From assembly GCA_963812415.1 (NCBI GenBank), contig CAWEVH010000026.1:68973-132972 (forward strand): a stretch of 64,000 nucleotides of DNA, read 5' to 3'. Numbering within the stretch: the first letter of the stretch is position 1; each line of letters begins with the position of its first letter. Shown here piece by piece: positions 57,273 through 64,000 of the stretch. The stretch comes from an uncultured Thermoleophilaceae bacterium. Lineage in GTDB: Bacteria > Actinomycetota > Thermoleophilia > Solirubrobacterales > Thermoleophilaceae. Below the pieces are notes generated by a model that did not search any database, was not told the DNA's origin, and saw only the letters and a program-made list of their open reading frames with translations. The position numbers were made by a program, and so were the translations under genes.

Positions 57273-58334
57273 CTAGGCCTCGGCGCGCATGGCCGCCATG
57301 CGCTCGCGGCGTGGCGTCGTGAGCTCGCGGACGATCACCTTGACCGAGCCCGCTACCGGCACCGCCAGGATGGCTCCCACGACGCCGAGCACGGCCCCGC
57401 CGAGCATCACGCTCGCGATCGTCGTGAACCCGGACAGCGAGATCGCCGTGCGATAGACGGCGGGCTGCACGAGGTAGTTCTCGATCTGCTGGTAGATCAG
57501 GATCACGACGGCAAGCGCGAGGGCGGGCGCGAGCCCGGCGGCGGCGAGCGTGATGAGGCAGACGATCACGGCCGCGATCATCGACCCGATCTGCGGTATG
57601 AGGTCGAAGATCCCGACGATCACCGCGAGCGCGACGGGGAAGGGTGCGCCGACGATCCACGCGGTCACGCCGACCACGCTCCCGGCGATCACCGAGATGG
57701 CCACGTTGCCCACAAGGGACGAGGAGATCACGTTGGTCACCTCGTCGACGATCTCGTTGACATGTGCCGCCTGGGCGGGCGCGAGCAACTCGAGCGCGGC
57801 TCGCCGCAGGTCGGGCAGGCCGATCAGCAGAAAGAGCGTCAGGAAGGTCAGCGTCACGACCGACAGGACGGTGCCCACCAGCCCGCCGGTGATCCCGAGC
57901 AGCGCCGAGGCGGCCTCGGGGATCGCGCGCGCGGCGTCCGCGGCCAGCTGCTTGGCCTTCTCGACCACGTCGGTGTTCTGCGAGAGCTGGTCGAATCCGG
58001 GCGTGTCCTCGAGCTCCTCGATGTAACCGGGGAGGTCGGCGACCAGCTCGCGCATGTCCTCCCAGATCGGGGCGACCGCCCAGATCACGATCACGGCGAG
58101 GGCAACGAAGAGCCCCCCGATCACCAGCAGCGCGGCCTTGCCTCGCGCCACCCCTCGCCGCACGAGCGCGGACACGGGCGGATCCAGCCCGAGCGCGAGC
58201 ACCAGCGCGAGCAGGATCGCGAGCAGGGCGTCGATCGCCACCACGCAGAGGAGGATGAGCAGGGCGAGGAGGAGCCCGCTCGCGACCGTCCAGGCGGAGA
58301 CCACGACCTCGACACGGCGCGTTTCGGGCGGCAC
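57273..58334 (-). CDS. AI-2E family transporter (second copy)
   Basis: Track ORF 57273..58334: ...IFDLIPQIGSMIAAVIVCL...YQQIENYLVQPAVY... Confidence 0.9.
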   Translation of the reverse strand: MPPETRRVEVVVSAWTVASGLLLALLILLCVVAIDALLAILLALVLALGLDPPVSALVRRGVARGKAALLVIGGLFVALAVIVIWAVAPIWEDMRELVADLPGYIEELEDTPGFDQLSQNTDVVEKAKQLAADAARAIPEAASALLGITGGLVGTVLSVVTLTFLTLFLLIGLPDLRRAALELLAPAQAAHVNEIVDEVTNVISSSLVGNVAISVIAGSVVGVTAWIVGAPFPVALAVIVGIFDLIPQIGSMIAAVIVCLITLAAAGLAPALALAVVILIYQQIENYLVQPAVYRTAISLSGFTTIASVMLGGAVLGVVGAILAVPVAGSVKVIVRELTTPRRERMAAMRAEA

Positions 58335-58428
58335 GCTAATGCGCTTCGCGCCGGGCGCTCGTCATCCTGCCCATTGGGCGGCGGCTTGGACGCCGACCCG
58401 GAGCGTGGCATCCTCCGGGAGCTAGGCA

Positions 58429-58830
58429 ATGGGTGAGAGAGACAAGCCGGGCGCTCCGGAGCTCAAGGCGTTGATGGGGCGGGTGCTCGACTCGGATGCC
58501 TCCGAGGCGTTCGGGCGCTTCATGGTGCGCCAGGTCGCGCTGAGTGACATGGCGCCCAACGCCGACGACGCCGTGCTCGAAGGGATCGAGGAGTCACCCG
58601 ACGGAGGGGCCGCGATGGCGCAGGCGCACCTCGAGGGCCTGCCGGACGACGAGCGCGACGAGCTCCTCGACCGGGCCGCGGCGGAGACCGGGCGCAGGCT
58701 GCACGCGGCGGCCCTCGCGCTCCTCGGCGCCGTCGGCGCGGCGCGGTTGCCCGTCGAGGTCACCCCTGAGATGGTCGCCGTCGCGGCGATCACGGAGCTC
58801 GGGGACTCGACGGGCGCTGGACGCCGCTAG
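58429..58830 (+). CDS. Hypothetical protein (133 aa)
   Basis: Track ORF 58429..58830. No recognised motif. Its stop overlaps the next start by 1 nt. Confidence 0.5.
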   Translation: MGERDKPGAPELKALMGRVLDSDASEAFGRFMVRQVALSDMAPNADDAVLEGIEESPDGGAAMAQAHLEGLPDDERDELLDRAAAETGRRLHAAALALLGAVGAARLPVEVTPEMVAVAAITELGDSTGAGRR

Positions 58831-59531
58831 TGAGCGAGCTCGAGATCGGCCGTACGCTGCTGCTGTTCCTCTGGTCGTTCGGGCTCGCGGGGATCGAGAT
58901 CGAAATCGAGGGCGGCGTCGGTTGGGCGGAGCGACTCCCGACCTGGTTCCTGAAGCGCGGCCGGGTCGGACGGGTGTACGGGGTCGTGATGGGTCACCGG
59001 CCGCTCACCGGGTACCACGTCTACGCCTTCACGATCCCGATGCTCGTCCTCCACCTGCCGTACGTGATGGGCGTGGACTGGACGCTCGCCGGCGAGCTGC
59101 GGACGATTGCCACGTACTTCGTGCTCGCCGTCGTCTGGGACTACCTGTGGTTCGTGATGAACCCGGCGTACACCGTCCGCCGCTTCCGGCGCGGCAACGT
59201 CTGGTGGTTCGAGGTCCCGTGGATCTGGCGCTTCCCGCGCGACTACTACCTGAGCATCCTGCTGTCGATCGGGCTGGCCGGGCTCGCCGCGCTGGCGGAC
59301 GGCGGCTTCGAGCCGCTGCGGCGCCACCTGTGGATGCTCGCCGGCCTGGCGATCCTCGTTGGGCTGGCGGTGCTCCTCGCCCCCCTCTTCCACCGCTGGT
59401 ACCGGCACATGCGCCGCGCCGGTGCCGACGATCGCGCCGCCACCCCCACCTATCCGCCACCGGCCCCCGAGGCCGTGTGGTCCGGCGGCATGCCCGACCT
59501 CGAGCCGCTCGAGCCCGGCGAGACGCGCTGA
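58830..59531 (+). CDS. Hypothetical integral membrane protein
   Basis: Track ORF 58830..59531. Several Trp/Tyr-rich TM helices (LLLFLWSFGLAGIEIEIEGG, YFVLAVVWDYLWFVMNP, LAGLAILVGLAVLLAPLF). Confidence 0.65.
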   Translation: MSELEIGRTLLLFLWSFGLAGIEIEIEGGVGWAERLPTWFLKRGRVGRVYGVVMGHRPLTGYHVYAFTIPMLVLHLPYVMGVDWTLAGELRTIATYFVLAVVWDYLWFVMNPAYTVRRFRRGNVWWFEVPWIWRFPRDYYLSILLSIGLAGLAALADGGFEPLRRHLWMLAGLAILVGLAVLLAPLFHRWYRHMRRAGADDRAATPTYPPPAPEAVWSGGMPDLEPLEPGETR

Positions 59532-59550
59532 ATCGGCCGCTCGTCGGGCC

Positions 59551-59629
59551 CAAAATGGGGTCTTCTATGTATGGGCCCAGGGACTTCCCCGGGTGATCAT
59601 CGCGGCTCCGGACCACGAGAGGAGGCCGC
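59551..59629 (+). promoter_or_regulatory. Conserved upstream leader of the second zinc-ribbon gene (TATGTATGG at 59566..59574)
   Basis: See 1484..1570; the same blocks occur in the same order. GAGAGGAGG SD lies just before ATG 59630. Confidence 0.45.
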
Positions 59630-59803
59630 ATGAGCCTGTTTCGACGCAAGACGACCATCGAGGACGAGCGCGAGCGCTGCCCGCACTGCAGCGAGAGGGT
59701 GCCCGAGGGTGCCTCTGAATGCGCCATGTGCGGGGTCGACCTGAGGCCCCTGCGCTCGTCCGAGGCTCAGACACGCACGGAGCGCGCGCCAGCCAGCAGG
59801 TGA
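59630..59803 (+). CDS. Small zinc-ribbon protein (57 aa)
   Basis: My own translation: MSLFRRKTTIEDERERCPHCSERVPEGASECAMCGVDLRPLRSSEAQTRTERAPASR. It is below the track's size cutoff. The stop TGA 59801..59803 overlaps GTG 59800 of the kinase. Confidence 0.65.
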   Translation: MSLFRRKTTIEDERERCPHCSERVPEGASECAMCGVDLRPLRSSEAQTRTERAPASR

Positions 59804-60942
59804 TCGCGCCCGCGCGGCGCGCGTCGCGGGTCGTCGCCCGGCGGCCTAAGCCAACGCATCGAGACGGGTTCTGGTGGACTGTCACGGACAGCCTCGATCG
59901 GGCCGAGCCCTTGACCACCTCCCCATCCGCCGCCAGATCGTCACTCGCCGCGCGGCCTCGCGCAGCCGGCCGGGGACGTCGGCTATCGCTGCTCTGGTGG
60001 GTCTTCCTCGCCAACGCGGCCGTTCTCGTCGTCGCTCTGCTGCTGCTCACGTTCAGTCCGATCACCATCGATGCACCGATCAAGACCGGGCAGTTCGTGC
60101 TGCTGCTGGCCGGGTTCCTCGCGCTGCTGGCGCTGAACCTGGTGTTGTTGCGCCGGGTCCTGTCCCCGCTGCTCGAGCTCACGAACCTGATGGGCTCGGT
60201 CGATCCCGATCGGCCGGGCCGGCGGCTGTCCGGTGTGCAGATGCGCAGCGCCGAGGGCCAGGCGCTCGCGGACGCCTTCAACGCGATGCTCGAACGGCTG
60301 GAGACCGCTCGGCGCGAGGCCGCGCGAGCCGCCCTGGCGGCACAGGAGGCGGAACGGCTGCGGGTGGCTCGTGAGCTCCATGACGAGATCGGGCAAACGC
60401 TCACGGCGGTCACGCTCCAGGCCGAGCGGGCCGCCGACGGCGACGGCGCGTCGACGAGGCGGGAGCTTCGCCGGGTGGCCGAGGCGGTGCGGGAGAGCCT
60501 GGATGAGGTGCGGCGGATCGCTCGCGAGCTGCGGCCCGAGGCGCTCGACGATCTCGGCCTCGTGAACGCGCTGATCGCCCTGTGCCGGCGGGTCGAGGCC
60601 CAGGAGGGACTCCGTCTGGAACGCGACTTTTCGACAAAGCTGCCGGCGCTCTCCCCAGACGTCGAGCTCGTGACCTACCGCATCGCCCAGGAGGGCCTCA
60701 CGAACGCGCTGCGGCACTCGGGCGCGCAGCGCGCGACCGTCTCGCTCAAGGCGGATCCGCGGACGGTGGCGCTGGTCGTGGCCGACGACGGTCGCGGCAT
60801 GCCCGCCGAGCTACCGCCTGCCACGGCGGGAATCGCGGGCATGCGCGAGCGGGCGCTGCTCGTGGGCGGCCGGCTGTCGATCGAGTCTCGTCCCGGAGAG
60901 GGGACCGTCGTGCGGTTCACGGTCCCCGTCGAGGACGCGTGA
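59800..60942 (+). CDS. NarL-type sensor histidine kinase (2 TM with a very short outer loop, HisKA_3, HATPase_c)
   Basis: Track ORF 59719..60942. I prefer GTG 59800 (GTGA overlap with the zinc-ribbon stop). Motifs: LLWWVFLANAAVLVVALLLLTFSP, ARELHDEIGQTL, AQEGLTNALRHS, VADDGRGMP. Confidence 0.85.
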   Translation: MIAPARRASRVVARRPKPTHRDGFWWTVTDSLDRAEPLTTSPSAARSSLAARPRAAGRGRRLSLLWWVFLANAAVLVVALLLLTFSPITIDAPIKTGQFVLLLAGFLALLALNLVLLRRVLSPLLELTNLMGSVDPDRPGRRLSGVQMRSAEGQALADAFNAMLERLETARREAARAALAAQEAERLRVARELHDEIGQTLTAVTLQAERAADGDGASTRRELRRVAEAVRESLDEVRRIARELRPEALDDLGLVNALIALCRRVEAQEGLRLERDFSTKLPALSPDVELVTYRIAQEGLTNALRHSGAQRATVSLKADPRTVALVVADDGRGMPAELPPATAGIAGMRERALLVGGRLSIESRPGEGTVVRFTVPVEDA

Positions 60943-61598
60943 CCGTTCCGCTGAAGACGAGGATCCTGCTCGCGGACGACCACGCCGTCGTGCGCGACGG
61001 GCTGCGCCTGGTGCTCGACTCCGCACCGGACCTCGAGGTCGTGGCGCAGGCAGGCGACGGCGCCGAGGCGGTCGAGCTGGCCCTATCCGACGACATCGAC
61101 CTCGCGGTGCTGGACGTGACGATGCCGCGCATGACCGGACTGCAGGCCGCGCGCGAGCTGTCACGGCGCAAGCCCGAGCTGCGCGTTCTCATCCTCTCGA
61201 TGCACGACAATGAGCAGTATTTCTTCGAGGCGCTCAAATCCGGGGCGTCGGGCTACGTGCTCAAGTCGGTCGCGAACCGCGACCTGATCGAAGCCTGCCG
61301 GGCCACCATGCGGGGCGAGCCGTTCCTCTACCCGAACGCCGTCAGGGCCCTCGTTCGCGACTACCTCGACCGCGCCAGCCGCGGCGAGACGACTCCGGAG
61401 GACCCGCTCAGCCCACGTGAGCTCGAGGTGGTCAAGCTGATCGCCGAGGGGCTCACCAGCGAGGAGATCGCGGAGCAGCTGTTCATCAGCAAGAAGACGG
61501 TCGACCGCCACCGCGCCAACGTGCTCGAGAAGCTCGGAATGCGCAATCGCGTGGAGCTGACCCGCTACGCCATCCGCCGGGGACTCGTCGTCCCGTAG
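60939..61598 (+). CDS. LuxR/NarL-family response regulator
   Basis: GTG 60939 overlaps the kinase stop (GTGA). Motifs: RILLADDHAVVRDG, LAVLDVTMPRMTG, LSPRELEVVKLIAEGLTSEEIAEQLFISKKTVDRH. Confidence 0.9.
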   Translation: MTVPLKTRILLADDHAVVRDGLRLVLDSAPDLEVVAQAGDGAEAVELALSDDIDLAVLDVTMPRMTGLQAARELSRRKPELRVLILSMHDNEQYFFEALKSGASGYVLKSVANRDLIEACRATMRGEPFLYPNAVRALVRDYLDRASRGETTPEDPLSPRELEVVKLIAEGLTSEEIAEQLFISKKTVDRHRANVLEKLGMRNRVELTRYAIRRGLVVP

Positions 61599-61623
61599 GA
61601 AGACGCGAAAAACACTCGTCTTT
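61599..61623 (+). terminator. Weak terminator-like hairpin after the response regulator
   Basis: GAAGACG, an 11-nt loop, then CGTCTTT running into TTTGGG. The stem is short and AT-rich, so this is tentative. Confidence 0.3.
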
Positions 61624-61674
61624 GGGCATTGAGACCCATGGCCGCATCCACCCGCCGGGGCGACGATCCGACGC

Positions 61675-61983
61675 ATGAATACATCCGATCGCCTCGCTGA
61701 CCATGCCGCCGAGTTGGTGGCGGCCCTGGTGACGCTCGAGGAGAGGCTTCAGGCGCTGAGTGGCGCCTGCTATCAGCTGGCCGCCGACGCCTCGCCCATG
61801 GACGGGCTCTCGCGCGAGCAGGGGGCACGCCTGATGGGAGCGCTCCACGACGTGGGGGCGGGATTGGCGCGCGGCGCTCGCGTGTGCCGCGACGGCAGGG
61901 CCACGATCGGTCCCCTGATCGACGATGACAACCAGCGCTTCTGGTTCGAGAGCCGCGTGCTGCCGCCGCAGCCCGTCGCGTGA
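61675..61983 (+). CDS. Hypothetical protein (102 aa)
   Basis: Track ORF 61675..61983. No recognised motif. Confidence 0.45.
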   Translation: MNTSDRLADHAAELVAALVTLEERLQALSGACYQLAADASPMDGLSREQGARLMGALHDVGAGLARGARVCRDGRATIGPLIDDDNQRFWFESRVLPPQPVA

Positions 61984-62016
61984 CCTGAGCGCAAACCCCG
62001 TCACGAGGAGGCGGAC

Positions 62017-62439
62017 ATGCCCAACGGAATCTTCCCCCTCCCGGCGATCCAGCCGAATCCCGGCCGAAGCGGCCGGACGCGGCCGAGCCACGCCGCTCGC
62101 CGGCAGCTCCTGTCCGGCGAGGAGCGCTCACGCCTCGCCAACCGGCTCGTGACCCTCCTGGGGGATGCGCGCCGCTCCAACCTCGGCGCGTTCCGGAAGA
62201 AGACGAGGGCGCGGCATGCCGCGATCCGCCACAGCGCCGACGATCTGATGGCGCTCGTCCTTAGGCTCAGAGACGGCGAGCCGATCACGGCCCGGGGCGC
62301 GGCCATGACCGCGCTCCTCGTGGACCGCAAGGCGAGCCCGCTCCGCCGCGGAGAAGGACGCAACCTGCAGTACGCCATTCGGGCGGCGCAGGTGGCGCTT
62401 GACGGGCCCGATGGGTACGTGTCCGACCTGGCGGCCTGA
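62017..62439 (+). CDS. Hypothetical protein (140 aa)
   Basis: Track ORF 62017..62439. No recognised motif. Confidence 0.45.
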   Translation: MPNGIFPLPAIQPNPGRSGRTRPSHAARRQLLSGEERSRLANRLVTLLGDARRSNLGAFRKKTRARHAAIRHSADDLMALVLRLRDGEPITARGAAMTALLVDRKASPLRRGEGRNLQYAIRAAQVALDGPDGYVSDLAA

Positions 62440-62490
62440 GCCTCGGTGTCACGGAGGTAAGAATCGATCGCGTCCCGCCGCTAAGGAGGC

Positions 62491-62724
62491 GTGGAGCTTC
62501 GAATCGGAAACCACGCCGGCGGCGGGCGCCAACCCACGGACGTTGTCGCCTGGCGCCGCGCACGCCTTCGCAGGGCCGGCTTCGAGCCGGGCCTCGCGGA
62601 GCCGCTCGCACGCGAATGCGGCGTGGACCTCCATGCGCTCATCCAGCTCGTCGAGCGCGGTTGCCCGCCGGTGCTGGCGGCGCGGATCCTGGCGCCGCTC
62701 GAGCACGAGAGGCGTGAGTGTTGA
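62491..62724 (+). CDS. Hypothetical small protein (77 aa)
   Basis: Track ORF 62491..62724. AAGGAGG lies immediately upstream. The sequence is ...WRRARLRRAGFEPGLAEPLARECGVDLHALIQLVERGCPP.... It overlaps the sigma-factor start. Confidence 0.5.
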   Translation: MELRIGNHAGGGRQPTDVVAWRRARLRRAGFEPGLAEPLARECGVDLHALIQLVERGCPPVLAARILAPLEHERREC

Positions 62725-63422
62725 GCGCTTCGGGCGGTGTTAGCCTCGGCGCGGGCATGAGCTCGCACCTGCCCATCGGCGCCGCCGCGGGCGAGCCGGA
62801 CCCGGCGCAGGCGGAGTCGCGCGCCTGGCTGGCTGCGCTCCGTTCCACGGGCACTGTGCGCGAGGAGGCCGTCGCGCGCCTGCACGAGCTGCTGCTGCGC
62901 GCGGCCCGCTTCGAGGTCGCGCGGCGGCGAGCGGCGCTTGCTCGCGTACGCGGCGAGGAGCTCGACGACATCGCCCTCCAGGCCGCGGATGACGCCCTCG
63001 TGGCGGTGCTCGCCAAGCTCGACGACTACCGCGGCGCGAGTCGCTTCACCACCTGGGCATACAAGTTCGCCCTGCTCGAGGCCGGCGTGCGGCTTCGCCG
63101 GCGGGCATGGCAGCAACGGGAGGTGGTGCTCGAGCCGGAGGTCTGGCCGCTGATGGCCGATGCCGCCCGCGGTCCCGAGAGCCAGGTCGAGCTGGGTGAG
63201 CTGATGCGGGCGCTCGAGCGCTCGATCAACGACTGCCTCACCGAGCACCAGCGCGAGGTGCTGGTCGCACTCACGCTCAACGGCGTGCCGCTGGACGTGC
63301 TGGCCGAGCGGCTCGGCACGACCCGCGGTGCGCTCTACAAGACACTTCACGACGCACGGCGAAAGCTCCGTACCGACCTCGCGCGGCGCGGCTTCTCGCT
63401 CGACGATCTGGTGGGACACTGA
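62718..63422 (+). CDS. ECF-type sigma-70 family RNA polymerase sigma factor
   Basis: Region 2 (DDIALQAADDALVAVLAKLDDYRGASRFTTWAYKFAL) and region 4 (LTEHQREVLVALTLNGVPLDVLAERLGTTRGALYKTLHDARRKLR). Start is GTG 62718 after GAGAGG, or ATG 62757. Confidence 0.85.
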   Translation: MLSASGGVSLGAGMSSHLPIGAAAGEPDPAQAESRAWLAALRSTGTVREEAVARLHELLLRAARFEVARRRAALARVRGEELDDIALQAADDALVAVLAKLDDYRGASRFTTWAYKFALLEAGVRLRRRAWQQREVVLEPEVWPLMADAARGPESQVELGELMRALERSINDCLTEHQREVLVALTLNGVPLDVLAERLGTTRGALYKTLHDARRKLRTDLARRGFSLDDLVGH

Positions 63423-63424
63423 GC

Positions 63425-63661
63425 ATGGACACGCACATGAGCCACGACAACGTGAAGCGGCTGCTCGGCCCGGCCGAGCCCGAGGTGCTCTGCGAGGAGT
63501 GCTTCGAGAAGCTCGACGAGTACGTCGAGCTCGAGCTGCAGGGCCGGCGGGCCGACGAGCGCATCCCGGGCATGCGGGCGCACCTCGAGGGGTGCCCGGC
63601 CTGTCGCGAGGACCACGACAGCCTGCGCGACTTCGTCCGACAGGAACGGGCGCGCACGTAA
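63425..63661 (+). CDS. Zinc-binding anti-sigma factor (zf-HC2, short soluble type)
   Basis: MDTHMSHDNVKRLLG...CEECFEKLDEYVE...HLEGCPACRED (H-x3-C-x2-C). It starts 2 nt after the sigma-factor stop. Confidence 0.8.
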   Translation: MDTHMSHDNVKRLLGPAEPEVLCEECFEKLDEYVELELQGRRADERIPGMRAHLEGCPACREDHDSLRDFVRQERART

Positions 63662-63718
63662 GGTCCGGCCGCCTGGCGGCGCTAAGCAGGAACACAGCGT
63701 CTCCAAGGAGGAACGACC

Positions 63719-64000
63719 ATGAGTACCGCCATCGCCGCCGTCCTTCGGCCGGTGCCAGTCCCGAGCTCGAACGTGCTGCGCCGCGACCCCGCCGCGCAGG
63801 CGTTCATGGTGCTGCGCATCGCGTTCACGGTCGCGCCGATCCTGTTCGGCCTCGACAAGTTCGCCGAGGTCATGATCAGCGACTGGCCCAAGTACCTGGC
63901 GCCCGAGTTCAACGACATCATCCCCGGCAGCGCCCAGGACGCCATGTACATCGTCGGCGCCGTCGAGATCGTCGCCGGCCTCGTGGTCGCCTTCTCGCCC
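63719..64000 (+). CDS. Hypothetical membrane protein, 3-prime end outside the window
   Basis: ATG 63719 follows AAGGAGGA. My own translation: MSTAIAAVLRPVPVPSSNVLRRDPAAQAFMVLRIAFTVAPILFGLDKFAEVMISDWPKYLAPEF.... Confidence 0.6.
   Translation, partial: MSTAIAAVLRPVPVPSSNVLRRDPAAQAFMVLRIAFTVAPILFGLDKFAEVMISDWPKYLAPEFNDIIPGSAQDAMYIVGAVEIVAGLVVAFSP

Overview
Very GC-rich chromosomal segment (by eye; nothing computed) with the gene style of a high-GC Actinomycetota genome: many GTG/TTG starts, frequent 4-nt start/stop overlaps (GTGA, ATGA, TTGA), and long Arg/Ala/Gly-rich antisense ORFs that I treat as artefacts. I can support about 65 protein genes and one tRNA-Ser(CGA). I found no rRNA, CRISPR array, transposase or integrase. 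Main blocks: (1) two paralogous modules at the window ends, each a small zinc-ribbon protein next to a NarL-type histidine kinase, and the right-hand one also has a LuxR-type response regulator. (2) c-di-GMP enzymes (PAS-GGDEF-EAL, GGDEF-HD-GYP) and stress proteins (Usp, CsbD, MsrA). (3) DNA repair genes nucS and ada-alkA-ogt. (4) A TreS-like GH13, circularly permuted ATP-grasp and C26 amidotransferase row. (5) An AGPS-like FAD oxidase divergent from a patatin lipase. (6) A large glycerol/dihydroxyacetone cluster: glpABC, a DhaM-HPr-EnzymeI fusion, pgsA, glpFK and dhaKL. (7) A large LuxR (LAL) regulator divergent from an MMPL transporter, followed by four small ORFs. All three units are preceded by the same TCAGGG direct-repeat element, which I think is the most novel-looking signal here. 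(8) An ECF sigma / zinc anti-sigma operon. Caveat: 14 otherwise intact genes carry 18 single-nucleotide frame breaks, which looks more like consensus indel error than real decay. I call these pseudogene but with that reservation. All family assignments come from motifs I recognise in the translations; no database search was run.
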